Shown here in pieces: positions 10,509 to 21,575 of a stretch of DNA of 64,000 nucleotides. Positions within the stretch are counted from its first letter, which is position 1, and every line of letters begins with the position of its first letter. Below the pieces are notes generated by a model that was given only the letters and a program-made list of their open reading frames with translations, did not search any database and had not been told where the DNA came from. The DNA lies in contig CAWDWO010000038.1 of assembly GCA_963806035.1 (NCBI GenBank), forward strand, positions 1 to 64,000, read 5' to 3'. The DNA comes from Candidatus Krumholzibacteriota bacterium. GTDB taxonomy: Bacteria; Krumholzibacteriota; Krumholzibacteriia; JAJRXK01. Position numbers and translations under genes: made by a program.

Positions 10509-12002
10509 TCAGTGCGCTTCGGTGCCAAGAGCAGGCTCGCGCAAACGTCCCGGCATCTGGGCCAGAATGTAGGCCATGAGAGCCATGCTCCCCACGTTCA
10601 CGCGCAAGTCTTTTTCCACGATCTTGTCGAAAGTGTCCGCATTCGTGTGGTGGATTTCGAAGTACTTCGAGGTGTCGTGGTTGAGCCCCAAAGCGACCAC
10701 ACCGTGCAGAGCCATGGGGCCCACGTCGGTTCCCGAGTACGAAGAAAAAATCCGGCTGCTCGAGAGGGGCGCGAACAGAGGTGCGAAGCGCTCGAGCTTT
10801 TCCATCGCGAAACCACGCTCGTGCTCCAGTTCCGACTGCTCCTCGCCGCTCAGTTCGCGCTTCTCTCCCTCGACCATGCTATTGGGCGGTCGGAGGTCCA
10901 ATCGAAAGCCGTCGGCCAGTCCATTTCCCGAGTCGGATTCGATGGCCGCGATGTGATTGGCGAGTTCCTCCGCATGACGGCGCGCGTATTCCTCGCCGCC
11001 ATGAGAGCCGTTTTCCTCGTTGGTGAAGAGGACGAGTCGGATGGTGCGTCGGGGATGCAGATTCAGGCGCTGGAGAGTTCGAACCGCACCCCAGGCGATG
11101 ATGCACCCCACTCCATCGTCCTGCGCTCCCTGCCCTACGTCCCAGGAATCCAGATGCCCTCCCAGTACCACCACTTCCTCGGGCTTTTCGCTGCCTGGAT
11201 AGTCCGCCACCACGTTTGCGCTCTCTACCTCCGGCAAGGTCCGCGCGCCCATTTCGAGATGGCAGCTCATCTTTACTCCGCGCCTCTGCAGGCGATGCAT
11301 GAGCGTGGCCCCCTCGATGGTGACGGCAGCCGCGGGGATCTTGGCTTCCTGTTCGTCGTAGAGCAGGGTGCCGGTGTGGGGCGTGTCGTAGGAGATGGGC
11401 CCCACCGAACGCACGAGCGCGGCGAGCGCTCCCCAATGCGCGGCTCGGCTCGGACCGGCCATGCGATAGCGCACCGTCTTTCCGTAGCTCACGAAGGGCG
11501 CGTCGTAGAGCACGATTTTGCCCTTCAGCTCGCCCTTCTCGCCCCGCGCTTGCAGTTCCTCGAAATTGCTGACGACCACGACCTCCGCGTCGATCCCACC
11601 CCGCGGGGTGCCGACGCTCATGCCCAGACCCAGGATGTTCAGGCGATGCTTGGTGGTCTTCGTCGTCAGCCAGGCTTTCTCCTCGCCCCGGACCCAGTGC
11701 GGAACCTCGACCTCTTCGCGGTGGACGTTCGACAGCCCCTGAGCCTTCAGCTTGGCGATCGCCCAATCGATGGCCTCGTCCAGAGTCTTCGTTCCACTCA
11801 AGCGGTTACCATAGTCATCGCAGAGTTCGGAGAGAGTCTCATAGGGTTCGCTGGAGAGCAGGGCTTCACCGAGGATCCGCCGCGCGGGCTCACGGTAGGC
11901 GGCGAGCTCGTCGTCCGCGCGGACATCTTTGGGCGCGGGAAGTAGCCAGAGCATGAGTGAAAGGCAAACAAATGTGGACAAATAGCTGACGCGCGAACTC
12001 AC
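10509..12002 (-). CDS. Secreted M28 family peptidase (carboxypeptidase Q-like, PA domain)
   Basis: Signal peptide; GGHLDSWD, GAQDDG, NEENG, ESD, HHTNADT zinc ligands; GTG start with GGAG. Confidence 0.88.
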   Translation of the reverse strand: MSSRVSYLSTFVCLSLMLWLLPAPKDVRADDELAAYREPARRILGEALLSSEPYETLSELCDDYGNRLSGTKTLDEAIDWAIAKLKAQGLSNVHREEVEVPHWVRGEEKAWLTTKTTKHRLNILGLGMSVGTPRGGIDAEVVVVSNFEELQARGEKGELKGKIVLYDAPFVSYGKTVRYRMAGPSRAAHWGALAALVRSVGPISYDTPHTGTLLYDEQEAKIPAAAVTIEGATLMHRLQRRGVKMSCHLEMGARTLPEVESANVVADYPGSEKPEEVVVLGGHLDSWDVGQGAQDDGVGCIIAWGAVRTLQRLNLHPRRTIRLVLFTNEENGSHGGEEYARRHAEELANHIAAIESDSGNGLADGFRLDLRPPNSMVEGEKRELSGEEQSELEHERGFAMEKLERFAPLFAPLSSSRIFSSYSGTDVGPMALHGVVALGLNHDTSKYFEIHHTNADTFDKIVEKDLRVNVGSMALMAYILAQMPGRLREPALGTEAH

Positions 12003-12098
12003 GTTGAACTCCAGTTTCTGCGGGAAAGCTGGAACTCTAGCACCACCCGTCCGTGGAGAAAAGGCCTGGCCCAATCAGCTCTCACGGCAGTTCGGCTC

Positions 12099-12734
12099 TC
12101 ATACCATCGGGCCGCCCAAACTCGACCAGAGGTACCAACTCGCCACACTGCGCCACGGCCGCCACGCCTCCGCCAATTTCTCGAAGTGTTTCGGGCTGGG
12201 TCGCTCCTTCAGGCCGTAGAGATTGCGGACGGCGTTCTGGAGGCCGAGATCGCCCACCGAAAGAACATCGGGCCGGCCCAGCACGAAGAGCAGGAACATC
12301 TCGCCCGTCCAGCGGCCGATTCCCTTCACCTGTCTCAGGTGCTCGATGACGCTCTCGTCGTCCAGGCGGTCGATGCTGCGGAGTTTCAGCTCGCGATTCT
12401 CCTGACGCCGCGCCAGATCCTGCAGGTACTCGCGCTTCTGGCGGCTCACCCCGCATTCGCGATAACCGCTCTCCGTCAGCTGCAAGAGCTTGGTGGCCGT
12501 GAGGCTTCCCCCCAGGCGCGCGCGGAGGCGGCGACGAACCGTCGCTGCGGCCTGAATGGAAATCTGTTGGCCGAGGATCATGTGCGCGAGCGACTCGAAT
12601 CGGGTTCGGCGCGGGAGGGGGGGCGAAAGCGCGCCGACACGTTTCACGACCTCGCCGATGACGGGATCGTGCCGGCAGAGGTGCCGGCGAGCTTCACGCC
12701 AGGCTTTTTCGTCGTGGAGGGTCATCTCTTGCAT
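12099..12734 (-). CDS. DNA-3-methyladenine glycosylase II (AlkA/HhH-GPD family, short form)
   Basis: ILGQQIS, VKGIGRWTGEM HhH, GDLG, WRPWRSVA. Confidence 0.88.
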   Translation of the reverse strand: MQEMTLHDEKAWREARRHLCRHDPVIGEVVKRVGALSPPLPRRTRFESLAHMILGQQISIQAAATVRRRLRARLGGSLTATKLLQLTESGYRECGVSRQKREYLQDLARRQENRELKLRSIDRLDDESVIEHLRQVKGIGRWTGEMFLLFVLGRPDVLSVGDLGLQNAVRNLYGLKERPSPKHFEKLAEAWRPWRSVASWYLWSSLGGPMV

Positions 12735-12789
12735 CGTGAGTTCGAGATTCTCGAGCTGCCGGCAGGAACGACGACGGGAACTTCCGCCG

Positions 12790-14163
12790 CTAGGCGTTGC
12801 CGACGCCTTCGTTGCGGACACCACTCAACAGCCAACGCCGGGCCAAGATCAGGCCGAAGGGACTGACGAGAGCGGTGATGCCGTAAATCAACCACAGGGC
12901 GCCGGGGTCCTGAGGACCATTCATGGGAACGTAGCGATCCAGCATCGTGCCCGCATACAAACCGGTGACCGTCTTCGCCAAGAACCAGGGGATCCCCGCG
13001 ATTCCCATGTAGATTCCCACTCGATTGCCCGGTGCGAGGTCCGCTACGTACTCCAGGAAGCGCGATGACCACATCGCTTCGCCCAGGCTCCAGATGACCA
13101 TGTAGCTGATCAGAAGAAGCACGCTGGGGCTGGGCACCAGCATGAAGCACGAGAGCGCACTCACCAGAGTACCCACGATCATCATGTCGACGACCTTTTT
13201 CTTCTGCGTCAGTGCCGCGATGAGAGGGACTCCGATGACGATGACCGTGGGATTGATGGCGTAGACCCATTCCCAGTAGCGGCTGACCTCGGCGGGGAAT
13301 GCGCGGGTCACGTAGTCGGGCATGGTGAGAAACTGGTGCGCGAAAAGAGTACGGACCGGCAGCAAAATGAAGATGAAGAACATGAAGCGCTTGTCGAGAA
13401 TGGGAAGTCGCCTGAGCTTCTGCAGCATGTTCAAGTGACTGTCCGACTCCGCTTCGACCACGCGCACCCGGTCGCGCTCCTCCACTCGCTTGGTGAAGAA
13501 GAAGATGTTGATGAGAATGACGATCGCGGTGATTCCGATGAAGAACCAGAACGAACCTGAGATCCCCGCGGTAGGAACGACGTTGACGTCGAGGTGCTCG
13601 ACTCGCGCGGCCCACACCTGTCGGACCTTGGGGGAGAGCATCTCGCCCGCGACGATCCCCAGGTTCATGATGGAGTAGAGGAAGGCGTAACCGAGCGTGG
13701 CGGTGCGTGCATCGGTGTAGTCCTTGACCCCCGAATAGAGCGCGGGCTGGAGGATACCTTCCCCGATGGCCATGATGATGAGGGCCACCCACGCGGCCGA
13801 GTGCACCATGGCCTCCCCGGCGAACAAGGGGCTCTGGACCAGCAGAATCCTCCCGAGCAGCACCACGACCATCGAAAGGGTCAAGGCCCGCCTGACTCCC
13901 AGGCGGTCCGAGAGCCATCCGCCGCCCAGGGCCATGGTGAGGGTCACCAGGCCCGAGAAGACCGAAATGCTCATGGTGGCTTGATTCGTGCTGAACCCGA
14001 CGTTGCGCTGCATGAAGAGGGTCATGAGCCCCAACATGCCGAAATAGGCGATTCCGTCGCCGAAATTGACGGAATTCACCAGCCAGAATCCCTTGGAGGC
14101 GCCGAAGAGAATGCGGAGGGACTCGCGCAGGGCCGGTTTGTCTGAAGAGCTGGTATCGGTCAC
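12790..14163 (-). CDS. MFS transporter, POT/peptide-transporter-like
   Basis: Multiple TM helices, GGWLSDRLGVRRAL motif A, YSIMNLG; start uncertain. Confidence 0.78.
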   Translation of the reverse strand: MTDTSSSDKPALRESLRILFGASKGFWLVNSVNFGDGIAYFGMLGLMTLFMQRNVGFSTNQATMSISVFSGLVTLTMALGGGWLSDRLGVRRALTLSMVVVLLGRILLVQSPLFAGEAMVHSAAWVALIIMAIGEGILQPALYSGVKDYTDARTATLGYAFLYSIMNLGIVAGEMLSPKVRQVWAARVEHLDVNVVPTAGISGSFWFFIGITAIVILINIFFFTKRVEERDRVRVVEAESDSHLNMLQKLRRLPILDKRFMFFIFILLPVRTLFAHQFLTMPDYVTRAFPAEVSRYWEWVYAINPTVIVIGVPLIAALTQKKKVVDMMIVGTLVSALSCFMLVPSPSVLLLISYMVIWSLGEAMWSSRFLEYVADLAPGNRVGIYMGIAGIPWFLAKTVTGLYAGTMLDRYVPMNGPQDPGALWLIYGITALVSPFGLILARRWLLSGVRNEGVGNA

Positions 14164-14480
14164 GGAAAAGAGCCCACGCTCGCTGGGAAGGGAACTGGTT
14201 CTTGCCTCGGATGGGTCGCGAACCGGGGGAAAATAGCATCCACCGCAGAATGGGGAAAGGGGAGAAAGCGCCTTTTTTCGCCCTCCATCGCGACGAAAGA
14301 TTTGCCAGAACGCTTTCTTTGCACTAAAAATGGAGATATAGACGGCGAGATTCAGGCCGCTGTCAGCGGCTCGCCCCACCCCGCGCAGTTCAGAACCAGC
14401 TCACCAGCTCGCAGAGCCTAGTGACGCCGTGGCGCGCGCGAGGTCCCTCCAGAAAGAAGATCTGAATAGGTCTGCCCCGT

Positions 14481-15656
14481 ATGAGTAGCGAGAAAAACGG
14501 TAATACCCGCCGGCGCCGTAAAAGGTCGCCACGGAAAGAAGCCAACGGCAACGTGGCCGTGGCCGATGGCCAACAGCCGGCCGGGCAACAAAAAAATTCG
14601 AAGAACGTCTCGCAGCGCCGCAAGGGAATGAACGCCTTCCGGCCCCGTCACAATCGACGGAGTGGCGGCGATGCGGAGAATGATGGCTCGCGGAGGCGTC
14701 ACAACGGAAACGGACGGCGCAACGGGCGCTCCAACCGCGATCGCAGCCGCAACCGCGAGGAGCAGCTGCGGCGCATCTTTTCGCAACTGCAACGCGGAAC
14801 GAGCATCGATCCCCACGAGCGTTTCAATCTCGAACGTGCCGATGGCGCGTTCACCCCGCGCGTGATCGATCTGGTCGCACCCATCGGTAGGGGACAACGA
14901 TGTCTCATCGTGGCGCCTCCCAAAGCGGGTAAGACCACGCTTCTCATGGAGATTTGCAAGTCGATCGAGGTGAACCACCCCGCGGTGAAGGTCTTCGCGC
15001 TGCTGGTGGACGAGCGGCCCGAGGAAGTCACCCATTTCTCCCGTTCCACGCACGCCGAGGTCATTGCATCCTCCAGCGACCGGATCGCCGACGAACACGT
15101 CAAGGTGGTGGAGGAGGGGATCCAGCGCGTCCTTCAGCCCGTGCTGGAAGGGGAAGACGTCGTCCTGATGCTCGATTCGATCACCCGCCTTGCGCGCGCT
15201 TACAACACGGCGCGGGGCGACTCCGGACGCACTCTGACCGGCGGACTGGATGCCAACGCGATGCAGACTCCGCGGCGTCTTTTCGGAGCCGCGCGCAATC
15301 TCGAGGATGGTGGCAGCCTCACCATCTTGGGCACGGCACTGGTGGATACCGGCTCGCGCATGGACGAGGTCATCTTCCAGGAGTTCAAGGGAACGGGAAA
15401 CAGCGAGATTGTTCTCTCTCGTCAGCTCTTCGAGAAACGGATTTTCCCGGCCATCGACATCGGGAAATCGGGGACTCGCAAGGAAGAGAAGTTGCATCCG
15501 CCCGAGTACCTCGAGCACATCCGCAAGATGCGCAGAGTACTCAGCGACATGCCCCCCGACCGCGCGATGGATGGGCTCCTGAAGCTCATGGCGAAGTGCC
15601 CCACGAACAAAGAGTTGTTGGACGCCCTTCCCACTTCATCGAATCAGCATCAATAA
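14481..15656 (+). CDS. rho: Transcription termination factor Rho-like ATPase lacking the N-terminal RNA-binding domain
   Basis: [52 protein letters not shown]-terminal ~95 aa are low-complexity. Confidence 0.88.
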   Translation: MSSEKNGNTRRRRKRSPRKEANGNVAVADGQQPAGQQKNSKNVSQRRKGMNAFRPRHNRRSGGDAENDGSRRRHNGNGRRNGRSNRDRSRNREEQLRRIFSQLQRGTSIDPHERFNLERADGAFTPRVIDLVAPIGRGQRCLIVAPPKAGKTTLLMEICKSIEVNHPAVKVFALLVDERPEEVTHFSRSTHAEVIASSSDRIADEHVKVVEEGIQRVLQPVLEGEDVVLMLDSITRLARAYNTARGDSGRTLTGGLDANAMQTPRRLFGAARNLEDGGSLTILGTALVDTGSRMDEVIFQEFKGTGNSEIVLSRQLFEKRIFPAIDIGKSGTRKEEKLHPPEYLEHIRKMRRVLSDMPPDRAMDGLLKLMAKCPTNKELLDALPTSSNQHQ

Positions 15657-18259
15657 GCGGCCGAGCTCTTCGCGGCCACCCGATCCAGGGCGGCGAGGGC
15701 GCTCTCCACGATTGCCTGTTCATCCACTCCGAAGAACCGGCGCAGGTTTTCGCGCGTGTCGCTTCTCCCGAATCCATCGGTGCCCAGAATCGTGAAGTCC
15801 GCCTCGATCCAGCGCCCGGCCAGCTCGGGTACCGCGCGCAGATAATCGGTGCTGGCGACGAGCGGAGTGCTTTCCGAGCCGAAGAGTTGTTTGACCCAGG
15901 GCAGGGAGTCACGGGGCGAACCGTCGTTTTCCCACTCGATGGCCTCGCGCCGCAGTTCGGTCCACGAGGTCACGCTGTACACGTCGGCTGCCACCGAGTG
16001 TTTCTTCTCCAGTACCTCGGCCGCGCTCAGGGCCGCGCGCAGGATGGGGCCGCTTCCCGCGAGCCGCACTCTGCGCTTGCTCTTCTTCGCGCTCTTACGG
16101 AAGAGATACCCGCCGCGGATGATGCCCTCTTTGCTATCCTCGGGCATCGGCGGCATCCGGTAATTTTCGTTGTAGAGTGTGATGTAATAGAAGATTTCCT
16201 GGCCCTCCTCGTACATCCGCTTCAATCCCTCTTCGATGACGGTGGCCGTCTCGTAGTGGAAACACGGATCGTAGGCGCGGCAGGAGGGCACGGTGGAGGC
16301 GAGCAAGTGACTGTGTCCATCCTGATGCTGTAGACCTTCTCCGTTGAGGGTGGTTCGCCCGGCGGTGCCGCCCAGGAGGAAGCCTTTGCCGCGCGCGTCC
16401 GCGAAGGCCCAAATGGAGTCGCCGGTCCGCTGAAATCCGAACATGCTGTAGAAGATGTAGAAGGGGATCATGGGTTGCCGCAGGCTGGCGTAAGCCGTCC
16501 CCGCGGCGGTCAAGGAACCCACGCTTCCCGCCTCGTTGATTCCCTCCATGAGCAGCTGACCTTGCTCCGATTCGGTGTAGCTGAGCAGGACCTCGGCGTC
16601 GACCGGGGTGTATTTCTGTCCGATCGCCGAGTAGATCTTGAACTCCCGGAAGAGGCTCTCCATACCGAAGGTGCGCGCCTCGTCGGGGATGATGGGAACG
16701 ATTCTCTTTCCGAAGGTCTTGTCCTTCATCAGCTTCCGCAGGAGTCGAACGAAGGCCATCGTGGTGGAGGCCTCCACCTTCTCGCCGGTGTCCTCCTTGA
16801 ACTCGTCGTAGAGATCGCTCTTGGGGAGCTCGATCTCCACTGGCACGACGCGTCGCAGGGGCAGACAGCCACCGAGGCTCCGGCGTCTCTCCATCATGTA
16901 TTCGATTTCGGGACTCTTGGGCCCGGGGTGATACAGCGGCGCGCTCGCCAGCTGATCGTCGGGGATGGGCAATTCGAGCCGGTCCCGGAATACTCTCAGC
17001 TCCTTCTCGCTCATCTCCTTCATCTGGTGGGTCACGTTGCGTGATTCGATACCCTCGCCCAGGGTCCATCCCTTCACGGTCTTGGCGAGCACACAGCTGG
17101 GCACGCCAGCCTGTTCGGTGGCCACCGTGTACGCCGCGTAGAGCTTGCGGTAATCGTGTCCGCCGCGGCGTAGCCTCTGGATCTGCTCGTCGCTCAGATG
17201 CTCCACCAACTTCAGCAGTCTGGGGTCGCTCCCGAAAAACTCCTCACGGATCTTTCCGCCATCCATGGTCGTGTAGCGCTGCCAGTCCCCGTCCAGAGTC
17301 TCCATCATCTTGTTCACGAGTACGCCATCGATGTCCCGGTGCAGGAGCTCGTCCCACTCCCGTCCCCAGATCACCTTGAAGACGTTCCAGCCCGCTCCCC
17401 GGAATCGAGCCTCCAGCTCCTGGATGATCTTGCCGTTGCCGCGCACCGGGCCGTCCAGGCGCTGCAGGTTGCAATTGACCACGAAGGTGAGGTTGTCCAG
17501 GCCCTCCCTTGCCGCCAGTGACAGCGCGCCCAGGGCTTCCGGTTCGTCCGTTTCGCCGTCGCCCAAGAAGGCCCACACCCGGCTCTTGGAGGTGTCGGCC
17601 ATTCCCCGTTGGTGCATGTATTTGAGGAAGCGCGCCTGATAGACCGCGTTCAAGGGGCCCAGTCCCATCGAGACGGTGGGAAATTCCCAGAACTCGGGCA
17701 TGAGCCGTGGGTGGGGATACGAGGAGAGGCCAGGGCCCAGAGCTTCCCGGCGAAAATTGTGCAGGAGCTCCTCGCTGAGTCTTCCCTCCAGGAATGCGCG
17801 CGCGTAAATGCCCGGCGCGGCGTGACCCTGGTAGAAAATGAAGTCGCCCAGCTGCTCGCCGTCCTTGCCGCGGAAGAAGTGATTGAAGCCCACCTCGTAG
17901 AGGCTGGCCGCACTGGCGTAAGTCGACAGATGCCCTCCGAGGCCGTGGGACTTCCGGTTTGCATGCGTCACCATCGCGGCCGCGTTCCAGCGGATCAGCC
18001 GGCGGATGCGGCGCTCCATGTCTTCATCCCCGGGGAAGGATGGTTCCTGCTCCGGGCTGATGCTGTTGATGTACCGCGTGCTCACCGTCTGCGGCAAGCC
18101 CAGGTGGAGCAGTCGCGCGCGTTTCAGGATCTTGTAAAGGAGGAACTGCGCGCGGAGTTTTCCCGAGACTTCGGCCACGGAGTCGAGGGCCTCGATCCAC
18201 TCGGAAGTCTCTTCGGGATCGAGATCGGGGAGTTGCTGCTTGAATTGATCAAAGACCAT
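15650..18259 (-). CDS. aceE: Pyruvate dehydrogenase E1, homodimeric type
   Basis: GGHLSTYAS, YPHPRLMPEFW, GDGETDEPE, PDEARTFGME, YSMFGFQR, GEGLQHQDG. Confidence 0.93.
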   Translation of the reverse strand: MVFDQFKQQLPDLDPEETSEWIEALDSVAEVSGKLRAQFLLYKILKRARLLHLGLPQTVSTRYINSISPEQEPSFPGDEDMERRIRRLIRWNAAAMVTHANRKSHGLGGHLSTYASAASLYEVGFNHFFRGKDGEQLGDFIFYQGHAAPGIYARAFLEGRLSEELLHNFRREALGPGLSSYPHPRLMPEFWEFPTVSMGLGPLNAVYQARFLKYMHQRGMADTSKSRVWAFLGDGETDEPEALGALSLAAREGLDNLTFVVNCNLQRLDGPVRGNGKIIQELEARFRGAGWNVFKVIWGREWDELLHRDIDGVLVNKMMETLDGDWQRYTTMDGGKIREEFFGSDPRLLKLVEHLSDEQIQRLRRGGHDYRKLYAAYTVATEQAGVPSCVLAKTVKGWTLGEGIESRNVTHQMKEMSEKELRVFRDRLELPIPDDQLASAPLYHPGPKSPEIEYMMERRRSLGGCLPLRRVVPVEIELPKSDLYDEFKEDTGEKVEASTTMAFVRLLRKLMKDKTFGKRIVPIIPDEARTFGMESLFREFKIYSAIGQKYTPVDAEVLLSYTESEQGQLLMEGINEAGSVGSLTAAGTAYASLRQPMIPFYIFYSMFGFQRTGDSIWAFADARGKGFLLGGTAGRTTLNGEGLQHQDGHSHLLASTVPSCRAYDPCFHYETATVIEEGLKRMYEEGQEIFYYITLYNENYRMPPMPEDSKEGIIRGGYLFRKSAKKSKRRVRLAGSGPILRAALSAAEVLEKKHSVAADVYSVTSWTELRREAIEWENDGSPRDSLPWVKQLFGSESTPLVASTDYLRAVPELAGRWIEADFTILGTDGFGRSDTRENLRRFFGVDEQAIVESALAALDRVAAKSSAAY

Positions 18260-18529
18260 GAGATCTCACTTCCATCTCGGACTCATGCACCTGCGCCGGT
18301 TCGGGGCTTTCACGCGGGAACTCGATCGGCCAACTGGAGTGAAAGAAGCGCTTGGATTTCAAAAGCCGTAGGCATTACTTCTAGCAAAAGCTGCTGCTTG
18401 CGGCCAGCGATCGTGCTAGCTTACTCCTCGGCCACGAAGGGGGGCGATCGCGTTTTTCCGCCCCGGGGTCCCCGCGGATTCTTCCAGGAAATTAGGGTCG
18501 TAGCTCGTTTTATGACAAGGAGTTGAGGG

Positions 18530-19312
18530 ATGAAGATCCTGTGTTGTGTGAAGCAAGTGCCCGAGAAGGACGCCCGCGTGCGGATCGCCTCGGACGGCGC
18601 TTGGATCGTGGAGGACGGACTCGCCTACGCACTCAGCGAATGCGATCGTTACGGCGTGGAAGCCGCACTCCGCTTGAAGGAGAGCGCGGGCGGGGAGGTC
18701 GCGGTGCTCTCTCTCGGGGGCGAGCGAGCCTCCAAGGGGATCAAAGAGGCGCTGGCGATGGGCTGCGACCGGGCCATCCACGTGCAGAGCGACGATTTCG
18801 CCCGGGCGGACGCCATCACCATCGCGCGCGTGATCGCGGCCGCCGCGAGGGATGAGAACTTCGATTTGGTGCTCGTCGGCGTGCAATCGGACGATCTGGG
18901 CTACAACGCGGTGGGCCCGGCGCTGGCGGAGTTCCTCGACGCTCGTCATGCGCAGATCGTGCTGAGCCTGGAACCGGCTGAGGACGGAGCGCTGAAGATC
19001 ACGCACGAGCTCGACAACAACCTCATCGAGACCGCCGAGATCAAACTGCCCGCGGTCCTCGGAGTCCAGAGCGGCATCCTCGACGTGCGCTACGCCTCGC
19101 TGAAGGGAATCATGGGCGCCGCCGCCAAGCCGCAGAAGAAAGTCAGCGTGGACGATCTGAAGCTCGAGCAGGAAAGCATCGTTCCCAAAGTGGAGATCGA
19201 GAGCCTGTCCTTGCCCCTGAAGACGAGCCAGGCGGAAATGATCGAGGGTGATCCGGCGACGATGGCGCGCACCCTCCTGAAGAAACTCAAGACCGAGGCC
19301 AAAGTTCTCTAG
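18530..19312 (+). CDS. etfB: Electron transfer flavoprotein beta subunit
   Basis: CVKQVP, EAALRLKE, ALAMGCDRA, GVQSDD, RYASLKGIM. Confidence 0.92.
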   Translation: MKILCCVKQVPEKDARVRIASDGAWIVEDGLAYALSECDRYGVEAALRLKESAGGEVAVLSLGGERASKGIKEALAMGCDRAIHVQSDDFARADAITIARVIAAAARDENFDLVLVGVQSDDLGYNAVGPALAEFLDARHAQIVLSLEPAEDGALKITHELDNNLIETAEIKLPAVLGVQSGILDVRYASLKGIMGAAAKPQKKVSVDDLKLEQESIVPKVEIESLSLPLKTSQAEMIEGDPATMARTLLKKLKTEAKVL

Positions 19313-19325
19313 GGAGGATGGAAGA

Positions 19326-20303
19326 ATGGCGAAGCAGATTTTAGTCATCGCCGAGGTGCGGGATGGCGCGCTCAAGCCCATCACCAAGGAAGCTCTCACT
19401 GCCGCGCTGCAGGTGGCCGATGAGGCTTCCGATGTAAAGGCGGTTTTGTTGGGCGATGGCGTCGAGAACTTGGCGCAACAGCTGTGCGCGTTTGCACCGG
19501 GCGGAGTGCTGTACCTCGAAGATCCCGCTCTGAAGACCTACACTCCCGAGGCGTATGTCGCCGCATTGAAGAACTTGGTGCAGGAGACTTCGGCCAAGTA
19601 CGTCTTTACCGGGCATTCCTATCAGGCCATCGATTTCTTTCCGCGCTTGGCCGCGACCCTGGATGCCGCGTTCATTCCCGACTGCACCGGGATAGAGAGC
19701 GACGAGAAGGGTCTCGTCTTCAGCCGCAAGGTGTTCAACGGTAAGCTCGACGCCCGTTGCCGCGTTCGCTCTGAGGGGACCGTGCTGACGAGTCTCCAGC
19801 AGGGTGCGTTCCCCGTGGGCGAGGCCCCCGGAGGGGGAAGCGTAGAGAAGCGCAAGGTCGATCTGAGCGGGGTCGAGGCCCGCAAGGTTCTCTCGATCGA
19901 GGCGGGGGAGACCGGTGAAGTGGATTTGTCCGAGGCCGACATCATCGTGGCCGGAGGACGCGGGGTTGGAGACAAGGACAAGTTCCAGATAGTCTTCGAT
20001 CTTGCGAAGGCGCTCGGCGGCGCGGTCGGCGCGTCCCGGCCGCCCTGTGACAGCTCTTGGGTCGAGCCCTTCCGCCAGATCGGTTCCTCGGGTCAGGTCG
20101 TGGCGCCGAAACTCTATGTTGCCCTGGGGATCTCCGGGGCCATCCAGCATCTGGTGGGAATGCGCGGCTCACAGTGCATCGTGGCCGTCAACAAGGACCC
20201 TAACGCCGCCATCTTCCAGGAGGCCAGCTACGGGCTGGTGGGAGATCTCCACGAGATCGTGCCGGCTCTCATCGAGGCCGTAAACGAGGCGCGGGAAGCA
20301 TAG
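19326..20303 (+). CDS. etfA: Electron transfer flavoprotein alpha subunit
   Basis: [30 protein letters not shown]. Confidence 0.93.
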   Translation: MAKQILVIAEVRDGALKPITKEALTAALQVADEASDVKAVLLGDGVENLAQQLCAFAPGGVLYLEDPALKTYTPEAYVAALKNLVQETSAKYVFTGHSYQAIDFFPRLAATLDAAFIPDCTGIESDEKGLVFSRKVFNGKLDARCRVRSEGTVLTSLQQGAFPVGEAPGGGSVEKRKVDLSGVEARKVLSIEAGETGEVDLSEADIIVAGGRGVGDKDKFQIVFDLAKALGGAVGASRPPCDSSWVEPFRQIGSSGQVVAPKLYVALGISGAIQHLVGMRGSQCIVAVNKDPNAAIFQEASYGLVGDLHEIVPALIEAVNEAREA

Positions 20304-20306
20304 CAC

Positions 20307-21575
20307 TTGTCGCAGCGGACGAACTCTCCCCAGATCGAGTTGGGGAACTCGCGACGGGTCAGCGCCGTGGCGGGTCTATCGGGTCTTTATGGCCTTCGTC
20401 TGCTGGGCATGTACCTGGTGCTGCCCGTGCTCAGCCTCTACGCCGCGAACCTGCGCGGCGAGACCGCTCTTCTCATCGGGATGAGTCTGGGGATCTATGG
20501 ATTCTCACAGGCTCTTTTCCAAATCCCCTTCGGGATCTGGAGCGACCGCTATGGGAGGCGTCGCGTCATCGCGGCGGGTCTCTTGCTCTTCGCGATCGGC
20601 AGCGCCGTCGCGGCACAGACCCACTCCATTTACGGTCTCATTCTGGGGCGCTTCCTGCAGGGCTCGGGCGCGGTGGCTTCGGCTCTGGTGGCCCTCATGG
20701 CCGACCTCAGTGGTCCCCGCTACCGCGCGCGGGCCATGGGGGCGGTCGGCGTTTCGGTGGGCATCGCCTTCGCCACGGGAATGGTGTTCGGGCCCACCGT
20801 GTACGAGCGACTGGGGGCCCCGGCGATTTTCTGGCTCACGGCCGCGCTCTCACTCTTGGGAATCATCTACGTCGGGATCGCCGTTCCCAAGACACGCGCC
20901 TGGGAACACGATCACGAGATGGAGTGGACGCGGGGCCAGAGCACCACGCTCCTGCACCATCCGACGCTCCTGCGTCTCGACGCGGGCATCCTGGTGCTCC
21001 ATCTCCTGGTGACCGCGGCTTTCGTGGTGGGGCCCACCTACCTCGCGCTCTACCGTCCGGTGGAACAGCACGGCAGTATCTATGCGCCCATCGTGCTGGC
21101 CGGAGTGGTCGTTCTGGCCATCTCCGTTTTCATTTCCGATCGCTGGGGACGTTTACGGGAAGCCATCGTGGCGGGGGGAGTGCTGCTCTTGGCCTCCACC
21201 ATATTGTTGCTCTTCGCCACCCGCGGTCTCAGCTACTCCATCGCGGTCATCGCCTGCATGGTGGGGGGGATCGCGATCGCCGAGCCCGCGATGCCCGCAC
21301 TTCTCACGCGTCTGGTTTCTTCCGATCAGAGAGGAACTGCGGCGGGGATCTTCCACACCTCGCAGTTCATGGGCTCGTTCCTGGGGGGAATGCTGGGGGG
21401 CGCAATGCTGCGCCATCCCAAGCTCATCGGTTTCATCCTGGTCGCCATCGCCAGCAGCTGGGCCATCGCCAGCGTGGGTCTTCTCACGAGAAGATCCCGC
21501 TCTACGAGCGCCAGTCCTGCCGCTTCTGCCAATGAGCGTGCAGAGAAAAAGCGAGCGGCGCGAGGGCGAGGCTGA
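20307..21575 (+). CDS. MFS transporter (YajR-like)
   Basis: RLLGMYLVLPV, IYGFSQALFQIPFG..SDRYGRR, QFMGSFLGG. Confidence 0.82.
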   Translation: MSQRTNSPQIELGNSRRVSAVAGLSGLYGLRLLGMYLVLPVLSLYAANLRGETALLIGMSLGIYGFSQALFQIPFGIWSDRYGRRRVIAAGLLLFAIGSAVAAQTHSIYGLILGRFLQGSGAVASALVALMADLSGPRYRARAMGAVGVSVGIAFATGMVFGPTVYERLGAPAIFWLTAALSLLGIIYVGIAVPKTRAWEHDHEMEWTRGQSTTLLHHPTLLRLDAGILVLHLLVTAAFVVGPTYLALYRPVEQHGSIYAPIVLAGVVVLAISVFISDRWGRLREAIVAGGVLLLASTILLLFATRGLSYSIAVIACMVGGIAIAEPAMPALLTRLVSSDQRGTAAGIFHTSQFMGSFLGGMLGGAMLRHPKLIGFILVAIASSWAIASVGLLTRRSRSTSASPAASANERAEKKRAARGRG

